From Octopus vulgaris (Eukaryota), in the NCBI GenBank assembly GCA_951406725.2, contig OX597823.1, positions 96,906,001-96,970,000 on the forward strand: a stretch of 64,000 nucleotides of DNA, given 5' to 3'. Positions 23,901-36,451 of the stretch are shown piece after piece. Made by a program: the position numbers and the translations under genes. The notes under the pieces are model-generated. The model was not told the DNA's origin and made no database searches. It saw nothing but the letters and a program-made list of their open reading frames with translations. Position 1 is the first letter of the stretch, and each line of letters starts with the position of its first letter.

Positions 23901-26900
23901 GCTAGTATGGAAAGCGGACGTTAAACGATGATGATGATGATGATTTAGTCAATTGGATATAACCTTGTACTTCACTGACAGCTATTTTACCGGCCCTGGA
24001 AGGATGAAAAGCAAAGCCGGCACCTATGGAATTTGATCTTAGAATTTGTTCCAATGGTAGAATGCCTGTCATGTTTACTGGAGATGTGGGTTCGAGTTTC
24101 AAGGGCATCCTTTGACTTCGCCTGGCACCTGTGCAGGTGACACGTAAAAAGCACCCACTACACTCACAGAGTGGTTGGCGTTAGGAAGGGCATCCAGCTG
24201 TAGAAACACTGCCAGATCAGACTGGAGCCTGGTGCAGCCTTCTGGCTTCCCAGATCCCCGGTCGAACCGTCCAACCCATGCTAGCATGAAGAACGGATGT
24301 TAAATGATGATGATGAAAAGCGTTTTTCAATCTAATATCTACATGCTATTCTTTATAGCTGTATGCAATGAGCTTCAAGAATCACTATTCCAAGACAAAA
24401 GAAAGATACATAACTGAATACCACAAAACAGCTCGTTCTGTCCTCTCTTGTTTCTATTAAGACATTATTTCGGCCTAGCTAAAGGCATCTGGAAAATGTA
24501 AAACTGCTGTCAGAGAAAAACTATTGTTCCACCGTGGGAACAGTTCTGTAGTAGTGTTAATTTAAATTTGGTTGTGGTGGATCGAATCCACTTCATGCAT
24601 GCACGATCCACTACACATTCTTTAATTGATTGCTTTATTTCATTTGTTGTTTTTACTTTGAACTAAATTGTTTGTGCTCATTACTTATAATAAAACCCAA
24701 TTTTTGGTCTCCTTAGAAACTCAAACCCTGATCTGTTGACCTCTGAAACTAAAAACATAACAGTCACTCATGTGCTGGCTATATACAACCATGGGCCAAG
24801 TCCTTTGTTTGGAGTTACATTAAACGTTACATTGCCAAGCCTCCTCAAAGAGAGACCTGATTTAATACAAAGAATATGCAAGGTAAGGCTTCCTTTCTCT
24901 GATCAGAGATTCTTGTTTATTTATTTGTTTATCATAGTTCGTATTTGTATTTGGTTTGCAAGATTCTTGATGTGAATTTATGTGTTGAAAAAAATATTAC
25001 TGAACCTTGGGCGGGGCATTAAGCCAGTAATCATAAACACACTGGTTCGGTCCTTTATTGTTATTGTTATTTAATGGGTTAATTACTCCGTTAACCAATT
25101 TATCGGTCAGCCGTTTTTACTAGTTTTTCAAACTCATATGTTAAAACACTTTGGTCAAACAATTTAATCATTCAAATGTTCAGTATTGTTAATGTCGTCA
25201 TTTCTTTTTTTGTCAAATAACTATTTCATCGGAGGCACAATGGCCCAGTGGTTAGGGCAGCGGACTCTCAGTCAGAGGATCGTGGTTTCAATTCCGGGCG
25301 TTGTGTGTGTTTATTGAGCGAAAACACCTAAAGCTCCACGAGGCTCCGGCAGGGGGTGGTGGCGACCCCTGTTGTACTCTTTTGCCCCAACCTTCTTTCA
25401 CTTTCTCTTCCTGTTTCTTGAGTAACGCTGCGATGGACTGGCATCCCTTCAAGTGGAGGGGAACTCATACGTCATAGAAACCGGGAAACTGGGCCCATGA
25501 GCCTGGCTAGGTTTGAAAGGGGTGCATAAAAAAAAGTAAAGGATCTTTTCGGTTTGAACGGCAGTTTTTAACATAATTTCTAGGTAACTAAAAAATTTTA
25601 AACTTCGTATACTGGTAGAATGTGTTTATAAAACATCTTTTTCTCTTGGCTTCATTGAGAAAATTCTATAGTTAGTAAGATATTTGTTGTTTTTTTTTCT
25701 TCAATTTCTGCAATTTCAACCAATCAATAATGTCTATTGAGGTGAAAACATTCTGTGCTGTATGAATATGTCCCTCGTTTAAGAAATAGATTGGGTTTAT
25801 TTACATTTGTGAATAAAAAAGATACCCTTCCCCTCTCCCCTAACTCTAACTAACCCTAACCTTAAAATAGATTGAAATGCAATAGATCGATACTAGGGTC
25901 ATAATTATGGGTGACAATTTCATATGACACCGCTAGAAAAAAACTGCCGTTCAAACCGAAAAGATCCAAAATAAATAAAACTATTTCATTGTATTGTTGC
26001 AATCTCTTGCTTTCCAACCACATGGTTCTGGGTTCAATCACACTGCATGGCACCATGACAAAAAAAGAAATAACAACACTAAGAATACTGAACATTTGAA
26101 CAATTAATTGTTTGACCAAAGTGTTTTAACATATGAGTTTGAAAAACTAGTAAAAACGGCTGACCGATAAATTGGTTAACGGAGTAACTCACTCATTAAC
26201 TAACAATAACAAAAAAGGACCGAATCAGTGTGTGTGTTTATTATTATCAGCATAATGCCCTTCCCAGTGAAATGAAGCCTCTATGTGGTTGTTCTCATAT
26301 TAGAAATAGCAGTCAGATATTCCTCAATTCACTCCCTATGATCTTTAAAAAGGAAGGATATATTGGAAAATATGATCTTAGATACACTATGCCTGGAAAT
26401 TAAAAAAAAAATGACAATTGTTGTAGCTGGAACACTTGCTCAGTCAGAGCTGACCTGGGGTTAAATAATGATGACAGCAACAACAACAACAACCCTGATG
26501 AGAGAAGGTGACTCACATTCATTTAATCAATTACTACATGAGCTGTTGATTGATAGTTCAGTGTAGCCTAATTAAGAATGATGACTAATTAAGATTTTTT
26601 TTATTAACCCTGAAACCACTTCAACAGTCACAATGTAAATTTTTTGTGTGTTTTAAAAAAATATATCAATGTTGCATGATGTGATAAGATAAGATTTAGT
26701 AGGTGTAGTTATTCTACCAAATATATACGTTTTTATTTTATTTTGCAATTTACTTAATCATCAGTATATTATTGTTAATATTTCTATTATATGTAATTTT
26801 CTAGATGGTGTAATTTAATTGTTCATTTTGAATTGATAAAAGGTGCTTTTGGATGTTTTTGTAAAAAACACTTTCCTCAGGAACCATGGAATGGAACTGA

Positions 26901-27719
26901 ACTCAAAACTGTGTAGTTGGGAAGTGAGCTACTTAGCCATGCACCTCTGCCTGTGCATCACTGTCTCACTATATCTAACAGCACACCCATAACTACAACA
27001 TTTATGCAAAAAGTCTTATTACAAAAACCGCATCTCCTATCTGAGGTCTATATATAGATCACTAAGATCAGATTATATATATACAGTATCTGTGTCTTTA
27101 ATATATATAAACCTTTATCTTATCACATCAAGTAAACATTGATATATTTTTAAACACAAAGGCAATGGCATGACTATTGAAACGGTTTCAATTTTGTTTT
27201 AATGTCTTCCTCTCTGTGCTTGCATGGGTCAGATGGAATTGGTTGAGGCAGGCTTTCTACAGCTGGATGCCCTTCCTGTCACCAACCCTCGCCTGTTTCC
27301 AAGTAAAGGTTATATTTCTCCATGGCCAGACATGTTTTGCATGGAAAACTAGAAATGAACAAAGCTGCTTGTATAACGAGGGGGATTGTTTACAATCATC
27401 ACATGAGGTCAAGACAAAAGTACACAGACACAGATGCAGACATATACATGCTACACGCACACACACACATACATATATATATTTATATATATGCTTTTAT
27501 TCTTTTACTTGTTTCAGTCATTTTGACTGCGGCTATGCTGGAGCACCACCTTTAGTCAAGCAAATTGATCCCAAGACTTATTCTTTGTAAGCCTAGTACT
27601 TATTCTATCGGTCTCTTTTGCCAAACCGCTAAGTAACAGGAATGTAAACACACTGGCATCAGTGTGTCAAGCAATGTTGGTGGAGGAGGTGACACACAAA
27701 CATATGCACATGCGTACAT

Positions 27720-27775
<56 letters not shown>

Positions 27776-28192
27776 AGCTTCGTTCAGTTTCCATCTACCA
27801 AATCCACTCACAAGGCATTGGTCAGCAAGAGGTTATAGTAGAAAACACTTGCCCAAGGTGCCATGCAGTGGGACTGAACTCGGAACTATGTAGTTGGTTA
27901 GCAAGCTATTTACCACACAGCCACACCTGCACCTATATATATATATTGTTGCTATTATGTTAAACTGTCGTATGTCCAAATTTGGCCAAATGTTTTTTTT
28001 TTCCAATATTTATTTTTGCCTGCAATAACTGGTTATTTTGGTCAAACTATTGTATCTCCAGTTGCCTCAGATCCCAAGATATCAAAAGTTGTCAAAGTGT
28101 AGTACAATGGTTTTGCTATGGAATGGCAAAACTATTTTTTCGGTTTCTGAAAAAGTAACATCTTGGACTTACGACACTTTTGCATAATAGCA

Positions 28193-28236
<44 letters not shown>

Positions 28237-30238
28237 TCATTGGATTGTGGCCAAATTGGGGCATCACCTTGAAGGGCTTTGGTTGAAAGGACTCAACCAC
28301 AGTACAGATATTTCTGATAAACCTGGTACTTATTCTATCAATTTTTAATGCTGAACTGTTAAGTTATGGGGATGTAAACAAACCAACACCGTATGTGAAG
28401 CAGTGGGAAGGGGACGAACACAATGACACACAGACATAGATATAATAATACACACACACACACAACAGGATTCTTTCAGTTTCTGTTTACCAGATCCACT
28501 CAAGGCTTTGATTGGTCTGAATGTGTTGGAGAACATTTCCTTGCTTCCACAGCATGGGACTGAATCCAAAACCATGTGGTTGGGAAGCTGACTTCTTAAC
28601 CACACATCCATGGTTTCAGGATCAATAAAAAGAAATTTCAAAGAGTCATCAGCTTTACTCTGTGGGTTCAAATCATATCAAGGTTTACATTGGTTATTGG
28701 TCTTCATTCTAAATATTTTAAAAGCAAATTTTTGTATGTTTGTTTTGTTGACAAGAACATGGAAGCAGGGGAAACAACTCCAGTGTTAGTTGCCATTCTG
28801 TATAGCTCTCCAGTAGAAAAACGGTATAAAAGGTGCTTGAAATGGAACTATCAGTGGGGACCGCTTTGAAATGAGGCCAAGGTGAATCACAAAATTGCTT
28901 TGAAGCTCCAGTGTGCAATCGTTGCATTTAAAACCCATCAATATTTTAATCAACTCTGAAATGTTGCTAAATCTGTCAATCTTATGTTTGTATTTTTTAT
29001 TTCAATATTTCAGAATCCGTCTTGTCCCACTTCATTCGACTGGCAAACCATAAGCAAAGGATCTAATAGACAAGTTAAAATTGTTTTTATTGTCAATGAA
29101 AAAATTCATTCGGTTAAAAAGGTATGTTGACTTTCTGTTTGAGTTTATTAGTATTAAAATTTTCCTACAGTGTTGATGAGTAGAACATTAACATGAGATT
29201 AACTCTTAGTTTCCTGTAGAACATTAACATGAGATTAACTCTTAGTTTCCTGTAAGACACAGTACCACACAAGACTTTGGTCAGCCAGTCTTGAATATGT
29301 TGCATGATATCACAAGAATTGTATTAAGGAATTGAGGAACTGTCTAATACAAAGGAGAAAACTCTGATCCCAAGGAAAATTTCCAACATGATGTTAAGAG
29401 TTAAACACCTTAACCAATTCTCTGCCTTTGTGGAACTTTGTCCTTGGACCGAGATAAGAAATTAACCCTCTCAGACCTGGGCCACTGTGCCCTCTGCCTT
29501 GGCTCCTAAGCAAAACAATAAATAGTTGCATATACAGTTCAAGAGTAATGAGTGCAGGCAAACTAATGCACAGAATCGGTTGATTACTGCTTTACTGAGA
29601 CTCTGGCAGAGTTGACATTTAATCTATTCCTGCTATAATGGGAAAATGGTGTGACAGGGTTAATTTTGCAGAAGTTGGCTATGGAACTTTTTACTGGGTT
29701 TCTCAACCTTCTAGAAATAGAAGCCAAATCGCTTTAAAATCACCTCCTACTCTTTTAGGAACTAAAGAATTCTTAAGAAAATTTGGTCTTAGTAAATTAT
29801 CTCTGAATAAAAATGGAGACAGACACAAAAGGAAAACCTTTGATTGTAGTCTGCTCAATCAGGCATGACTTAACTCACAACAATCAATGTGGAATCTTTA
29901 GAAGAGGAGTTGATGTAATCAAGATAAAAAAAGGGAGAACTCTGTTTATACTGGTAGTCTATGCCTGTTACTAATTCATGCATATTGGTACTCTATGCAC
30001 ATTGGTGCTGTATCATGTTGCTGCTGTAGCCATATTGTCTCTATGAATTCCATCTTTATCTACTGCATATGAGGGAAATTCTGTCCGTGGGTGTGTTTGT
30101 GGAGTTGTTAATTAACTCCTCCTACATCAGTTTATCAGTTTTGATGAAACTTGATACATGAGTAGAACTCATGTCTGGAAACCTCAAGGCATACTCAGAT
30201 TGTTGAAACAAATCGATAATAGGACCCCTGAAAGGGAT

Positions 30239-30292
<54 letters not shown>

Positions 30293-33200
30293 AATGGAAA
30301 TAACCCATTCATTTTCCTAAATTATTTGGTAAAAATGAAATTGAGTATGCTTAATTCTTAGTATTTGAACTGTTAGAGTTATTTTCGCAATTTATCCAGT
30401 ACAACCCTTTAACTAGTAAATAGTATTTTCCTAAACAATTTTCCTTCACGATTTTAGTATACACACCTTATTGGTATTTCCTCTTATGTTCTATATACTA
30501 TGGGAATGCATTAAGGCCCTTTTTGGAGCTACTTTATTTGAATTCTTACTATTGGGTAACTAATTTCATGTTATTACATAACTGACTTCACAATTTGGGT
30601 ATTCATAACTTATTGGGAATTCCTAAAAGCAAGATCCTGTGTAAGACAGTTCAGTATTCTCTGTAAATGCACAAAAACTGTTTTAAGGGTACATGCTTTT
30701 ACATTGTTGTTATTGGATTAGCAAAACAATTATGAGAACAGAACGAAGGGATAAGCTCCAATTTCCTGGTACATCAGCTAGGTATTTCATAAACCTTTTG
30801 CTGCTCACAAACTTCAAAATTTGGGTGACTCACAGAATTTAAAATTTTGTTACTTTTAAAAATTCAAATGATCAACTTTTAAAATTCCATTTCTTAAAAA
30901 AGTCTTCTCCAAAGTGAGCTTCACTATACCAGTGAAGCAGGCTTGCTTCATTGCCATCAACAGCATCGTATTTCTTTCAGATAAATAAAGACATAAGTAT
31001 TAACCCTTTCATTACCAACCTAGCTGAAACCATCTCTGGATCTGTAGTACAAATGTCTTGTTTTCATAAGTTTTGAATTAAAATCATCCACCAAACCTTA
31101 GTCACAATTTATGTTCCTAACACTAGCTGGATGATAACTAAGTTATTTTACCAAATTCTTTGTTATACTAAAAATTAATTGAAAGAACTACAGAGCATCT
31201 CAGAATAAATACAGTAACGAAAGGGTTAATATGCTATGTTAGACATGCCCCACCCAGGTTAGTATGACAAGTCAGTCATTTAAACATTACTTGATGTAAT
31301 GCATGAAGTAATGCACAGTGAAGATGCATAGCTTAGTGGTTAGGGTATTTGGTTCGTGATTATAAGGCTGTGAGTTCAATTCTTGGCAGTGCATTGTGCC
31401 CTTAAGCAAAACACTTTATTTCATGTTGCTCCATTCCACTGAGTTGGCAGAAATGAGTGGTACTTGTATTTGAAAGGGGCCAGTCCTGTCACATTCTGTG
31501 TCATGCTGAATCTTCCTGAGAATTATGTTAAGGGTACACATGCATGTTAATTTCAAGGGAAAGTTGTTCCATTGGCAGGATCAACCGGAACCCTCGTCAT
31601 CACAGCCAGCTTATGTAATGCATGTAGTATGTATTAAGTCTTATATTTTGTAATTAATATCTGTGTATGAGGTTTAGGACCCTTTTCTTCAGGAAATCCA
31701 AAGAAAGGGCCCTAACCATGGAATATTGAAATACATAGTAAAAGTAAAAACTTCCACTTGTTTTATTCCTCATAATTAAGGCAGCAAGCTGGCAGAATTA
31801 TTTGAAATGTCATTTTGGATTCTTTGTTTTTCAGGACTTAAAATATCTGGAGACGAAAGCTATCTTGGCTAGAAAAGATCATCGACTATACATTGCTGAT
31901 AAGAATCAATGGCCATGGAAGATATCGGTAAGGGCATTCTGTTGTAAAAGAAGATTCATGTCATACAAGGTCAAGGGGTTGATAGGAATGATTGAGTATT
32001 TAGCCAAGCCTGTCTAGGGTTTGTGTTTCCAATATATCAGAAGTGTCTATAAATCCGCGTTGTTGTCCTCCTCTTCCTCCTCCTTTTTCCTTTTCTCTTC
32101 ACTTCCCTCCTCCTCTCACTTTCTCCCCTCCTCTCTCACTTGTCCTCCACTTCTCTTCCTTCTTCCCTTCCTCCTCTCTCCCCCTCCTTTCGTTGTCCCC
32201 TCTTCCTATCCCTCCCTGCCTCATCCTCTCCCCTTTCCTCCCCCTCCTCTTCTTCCTCCCCTTATTTGACGGCTTGTGGGGTCAGACAGAATTTGCTGAA
32301 GTAGATTTTCTACAACCAGATGCCAAGTTCCTGTCACTAACCCCGACCCCTTTCCAAGCAAGATAATATTTCCACAATGGCTGGACATGTTTTTCCACAG
32401 AAGCTTGGAAATAAAGGACCCCATTTGTATGACAGTGATACTTGCTTTACATCCACCACACACATACACACACATCATCATCATCATCATTTAACGTCTG
32501 CTTTCCATGCTGGCATGGGTAAGATGGCTTCACTGGAACTACCAAGCCAGAGAACTGCACCAGGTTCCAGTCTGATTTGACATAGTTTCTATGGCTGGGT
32601 GCCCTTCCTAATGCCAGTACGTTAATGAAATTGTGCTGCAAGATTCCTGATGTGAAACTGTGTGTTGAAACAGATATTGTTATATTTCGGGATGGTCAAT
32701 TTTTTTTTTTTTTTTTGCCAAATAAACACATTCTCTATGCATTCATTCTTCAATTGTTTATTATTGTTCTTATTTTTATCTTATGTTCTCTGTCTGGAAA
32801 TCTTTCATTACACATTTATAGATTAGACTGAGCAGGAGGATACTCATGGATAGAAAGAGTTGCTGAAGAGGTCACAGATGTATTTGGCAAAAAAAAAAAA
32901 TGACCATCCTGAAATATTACAATATTACAAGAGTAAAAATACTGCTTGATAAAGCAGAAAGCGAAAGTTCCAAAAAGCACCGATACCCTCACAGGATTGG
33001 TGCTTTTTGAAGCTTTTACTTTCATCTTTGGCAAGCGGTACTTTTACCCTTCTTTTATTCAAATATTTAATATTATACCTATTATGGTAGAAGTCTTGCT
33101 AACCACCTCGTTATTACTGTCTTTAACAGCAATAATGCTTTCATATAGTTACTTTTATATATATATATATATATATATATTTTGATGATATAACTATGGT

Positions 33201-33380
33201 GGGCTACTTTCAACTTTTATCTGCCAAATCCCTTCACAAGGCTTTGGTCAGCCCGGGACTATAGTGAAAGAAACTCATCCAGGATTCCATATAGTGGGAC
33301 TGAACCCCAAACCATATGGTTGTGAAGAAAACACACCAGCATCAGTTGTCAAGCGATGTTAGGGGGGGAGGGGGACAAAA

Positions 33381-33434
<54 letters not shown>

Positions 33435-36419
33435 ACAATGGGCTTCTTTCAGTTTCTGTCTACCAAATCCACTCACAAGGCTTCGGTCGACCCGAGGCTA
33501 TAGTAGAAAACCCTTGCCCAAGGTGCCACGCAGTGGGACTGAACCCAGAACCATGTGGTTGGTAAGCAAGCTACTTACCACACAGCCACTCCTGCGTCTA
33601 TATAAAACTTGTGTAATATATGGGTCAGATGGGGTTGCTTTCAATGCTGAAGGGTTAAACTTTAAAACAAATATTTTTCGTTACATACCTGTGGTTTTAC
33701 ACATTTTCATTTCCTTTCTTTTGTCTTTCTTTCTTTTTAAAACAGGTGCAAACTGCCTTCCAAATAGAACAGGAACCTATTGCCTGGTGGATTATTCTTC
33801 TTTGTATACTTGGTGGCATTTTTATTCTTGCTCTCTTTATTGTTTTGTGTTGGTGGGTAAGTAGCTTCAATCTACCTTTTTCTTTTTTTTTTACCTCTTT
33901 TTAATGATTTATTGTTTTCATTCATCATCATCATCATCTTGGTCACTATTCCATGTCTTTCTGACAGCATGCATAAAAGGAAAAGGAAACACAATATCTT
34001 ATCCAAAAATAAAAAATATTAAAAAAACAACAACAACTAGATTCTGAAGAAGATGATGAATATGACTGAGAGATAACAGTTGACCCAGAGCAGCTGTCCT
34101 AGCTTCCAGCATGGCCTCAAAGATGGCTCTGGAAACTGGCATACGCATTCCTCAATGTGTCCCTCAGAATATCTTCAAACAACTCATTGATCTTAGCCAC
34201 CAGCTGTGTCTTGGTGTGGCCAGCAGAGCAGTTGGTCTCTTTCTCAACCACCTCCCACACATAGTAATCCATGGAATCATGACCAAGGGAATTAGAAGTC
34301 CAGAAATTGGAGCTGGTACAGTCATAAAAATTCTCTGACAACCACTTCCGACTCTTTCCAGGGGTGTGGCAAGGAGCCAAATCCTGCTGCTTTACATATT
34401 GTCTTCCAGCACTAACTGTCTCCAGTCAGGGATTGACCAGTCTCCGGCAGCCTCACAAGACCATCTGAATTGAGCCTAAGGCCCTGTTCAAAGATATAGA
34501 ACAGCATGATGTCAACCTCACTGGAGATACTCCCAAAGACCCTCCTTTCTGCTTAGCCACAGCTTTGTCTTCTCCTGTGCTTGAGGAGACCTATTGAGTC
34601 AAGTACATCAACATCAAAATAAATATCAAATGGAAATTGCAGTTGTGATCCCTGTGCCAGTGGCACGTAAAAAGCACCATCCGAACGTGGACGATGCCAG
34701 TGCTGCCTTGACAGGCTTCTGTGCCGGTGGCACATAAAAAGCATCAACTGATCGTGGCCGCTGCCAGCCCCTCCTGGCACCTGTGTCGGTGGCACGTAAA
34801 AAGCACCCACGACACTCACAGAGTGGTTGGCATTAGGAAGGGCATCCAGCTGTAGAAACATTGCCAGATCAGACTGGAGCCTGGTGCAGCCTTCTGGCTT
34901 CCCAGACCCCAGTCGAACCATCCAATCCATGCTAGCATGGAGAACGGACGTTAAACGATGATGATGATTGCAGCTGTCCATATCATGCTTAGCCTTTACA
35001 GTGTTCACAGAGCACTGAACAGCAGTCATTATATCGACGTTTTGGTACCTGGCACAAATTATTGCGATACAGGTAACTATTTTCCAATATTCAGATGGTT
35101 TCCAGTCCTCCATGTCAGCTGACTTTTTCTTATCTACAACTTTAATCTTTATGCTCTCCAACGCCATGGATTCTTCACTAATACATGAATCAGTTTCTGA
35201 AAAAAGAAGACATAAAAAGATTATGAAATTTTAGCCAAACACCCTGTACGTATGCATACATAATCAGCATCATCATCATTTATAATAGGCGCAGGAGTGG
35301 CTGTGTGGTAAGTAACTTACTTACCAACCACAGGGTTCCGGGTTCAGTCCCACTGCGTGGCACCTTGGGCAAGTGTCTTCTACTATAGCCTCGGGCCGAC
35401 CAAAGCCTTGTGAGTGGATTTGGTAAATGGAAACTGAAAGAAGCCTGTCGTATGCTTGTGTGTCTGTATTTGTTCCCCCCAACATTGCAAAAGAGACCAA
35501 TAGAATAAGTACTGGGCTTACAAAGAATAAGTCCTGGGGTCGATTTGCTCAACTAAAGGCGGTGTCCCAGCATGGCTGCAGTCAAATGACTGAACCAAGT
35601 AAAAGAATAAAAGAATTTATTGTTCCTTTTCCACCCTGGTATGTATCGGACAGTTTGACAGGATCCAACATGTCCGATGACTCATGCTTCAGTGTCTGTT
35701 TGGTCTCCATGGCCGGATGCCTTTCTTAACACCAACCACTTTACAGTGTGTTCTGGGTTTGTTTGTTCATGTCCCACCATCACTTGTGGGGTCAGCAGGT
35801 AACTTAAAAAACTACAAATATATATGACCAACCCAGCTATTGGATGTTGTTATACATCACTGGCCACAATGCACTTTGCATTGTTTTAGTCACCCTGCTG
35901 GCTCGGCAAGTGGGCCAACATTTTCCCTGATTGCATGGCTCCTTTGTCACAGGGTCACCTATTAACAGCTGAGTGGACAGAAGCAATATGAAATGAAGTG
36001 TTTTGCTCAAGCACATAATGCAGGATCTTAGGATTGTGAGTGTAACACACTCAATCTCCAGGACACACACACACACACGAGAGAGGGCAGTGAAGGAGGT
36101 GAGAGATAAGCTGGATCATATTTTAGCCTAATCCTCTAACATAAAGTCACCTTGTCTTGCTGTAGCCCTGCTTATTTGAAGGGAATGTTGTTGTTGTGAA
36201 CTGCATTGCAACCTCAGTAGTGTTGGTATCACAACAGAATCACCTGGTACATGCTGTAAAGTGGTTGGCATTTAGGAAGGGTAACGAGCTGTGGAAACCG
36301 AACCAAAGCAGGCATTGGAGCAAGATGCAGTCCTCATACTTGTCAGAAGCTGTCACAGCCTCAAACTCATGCCAGCATGTAAGATCATCATCATCATCAT
36401 CATCACCATCACCATCATC

Positions 36420-36451
<32 letters not shown>

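Noticed and set aside
25835-25865. Telomeric (CCCTAA)n repeats, also near 18360 and 19990
   Set aside because: Only a few degenerate units that are an internal part of the MITE family; not an interstitial telomere
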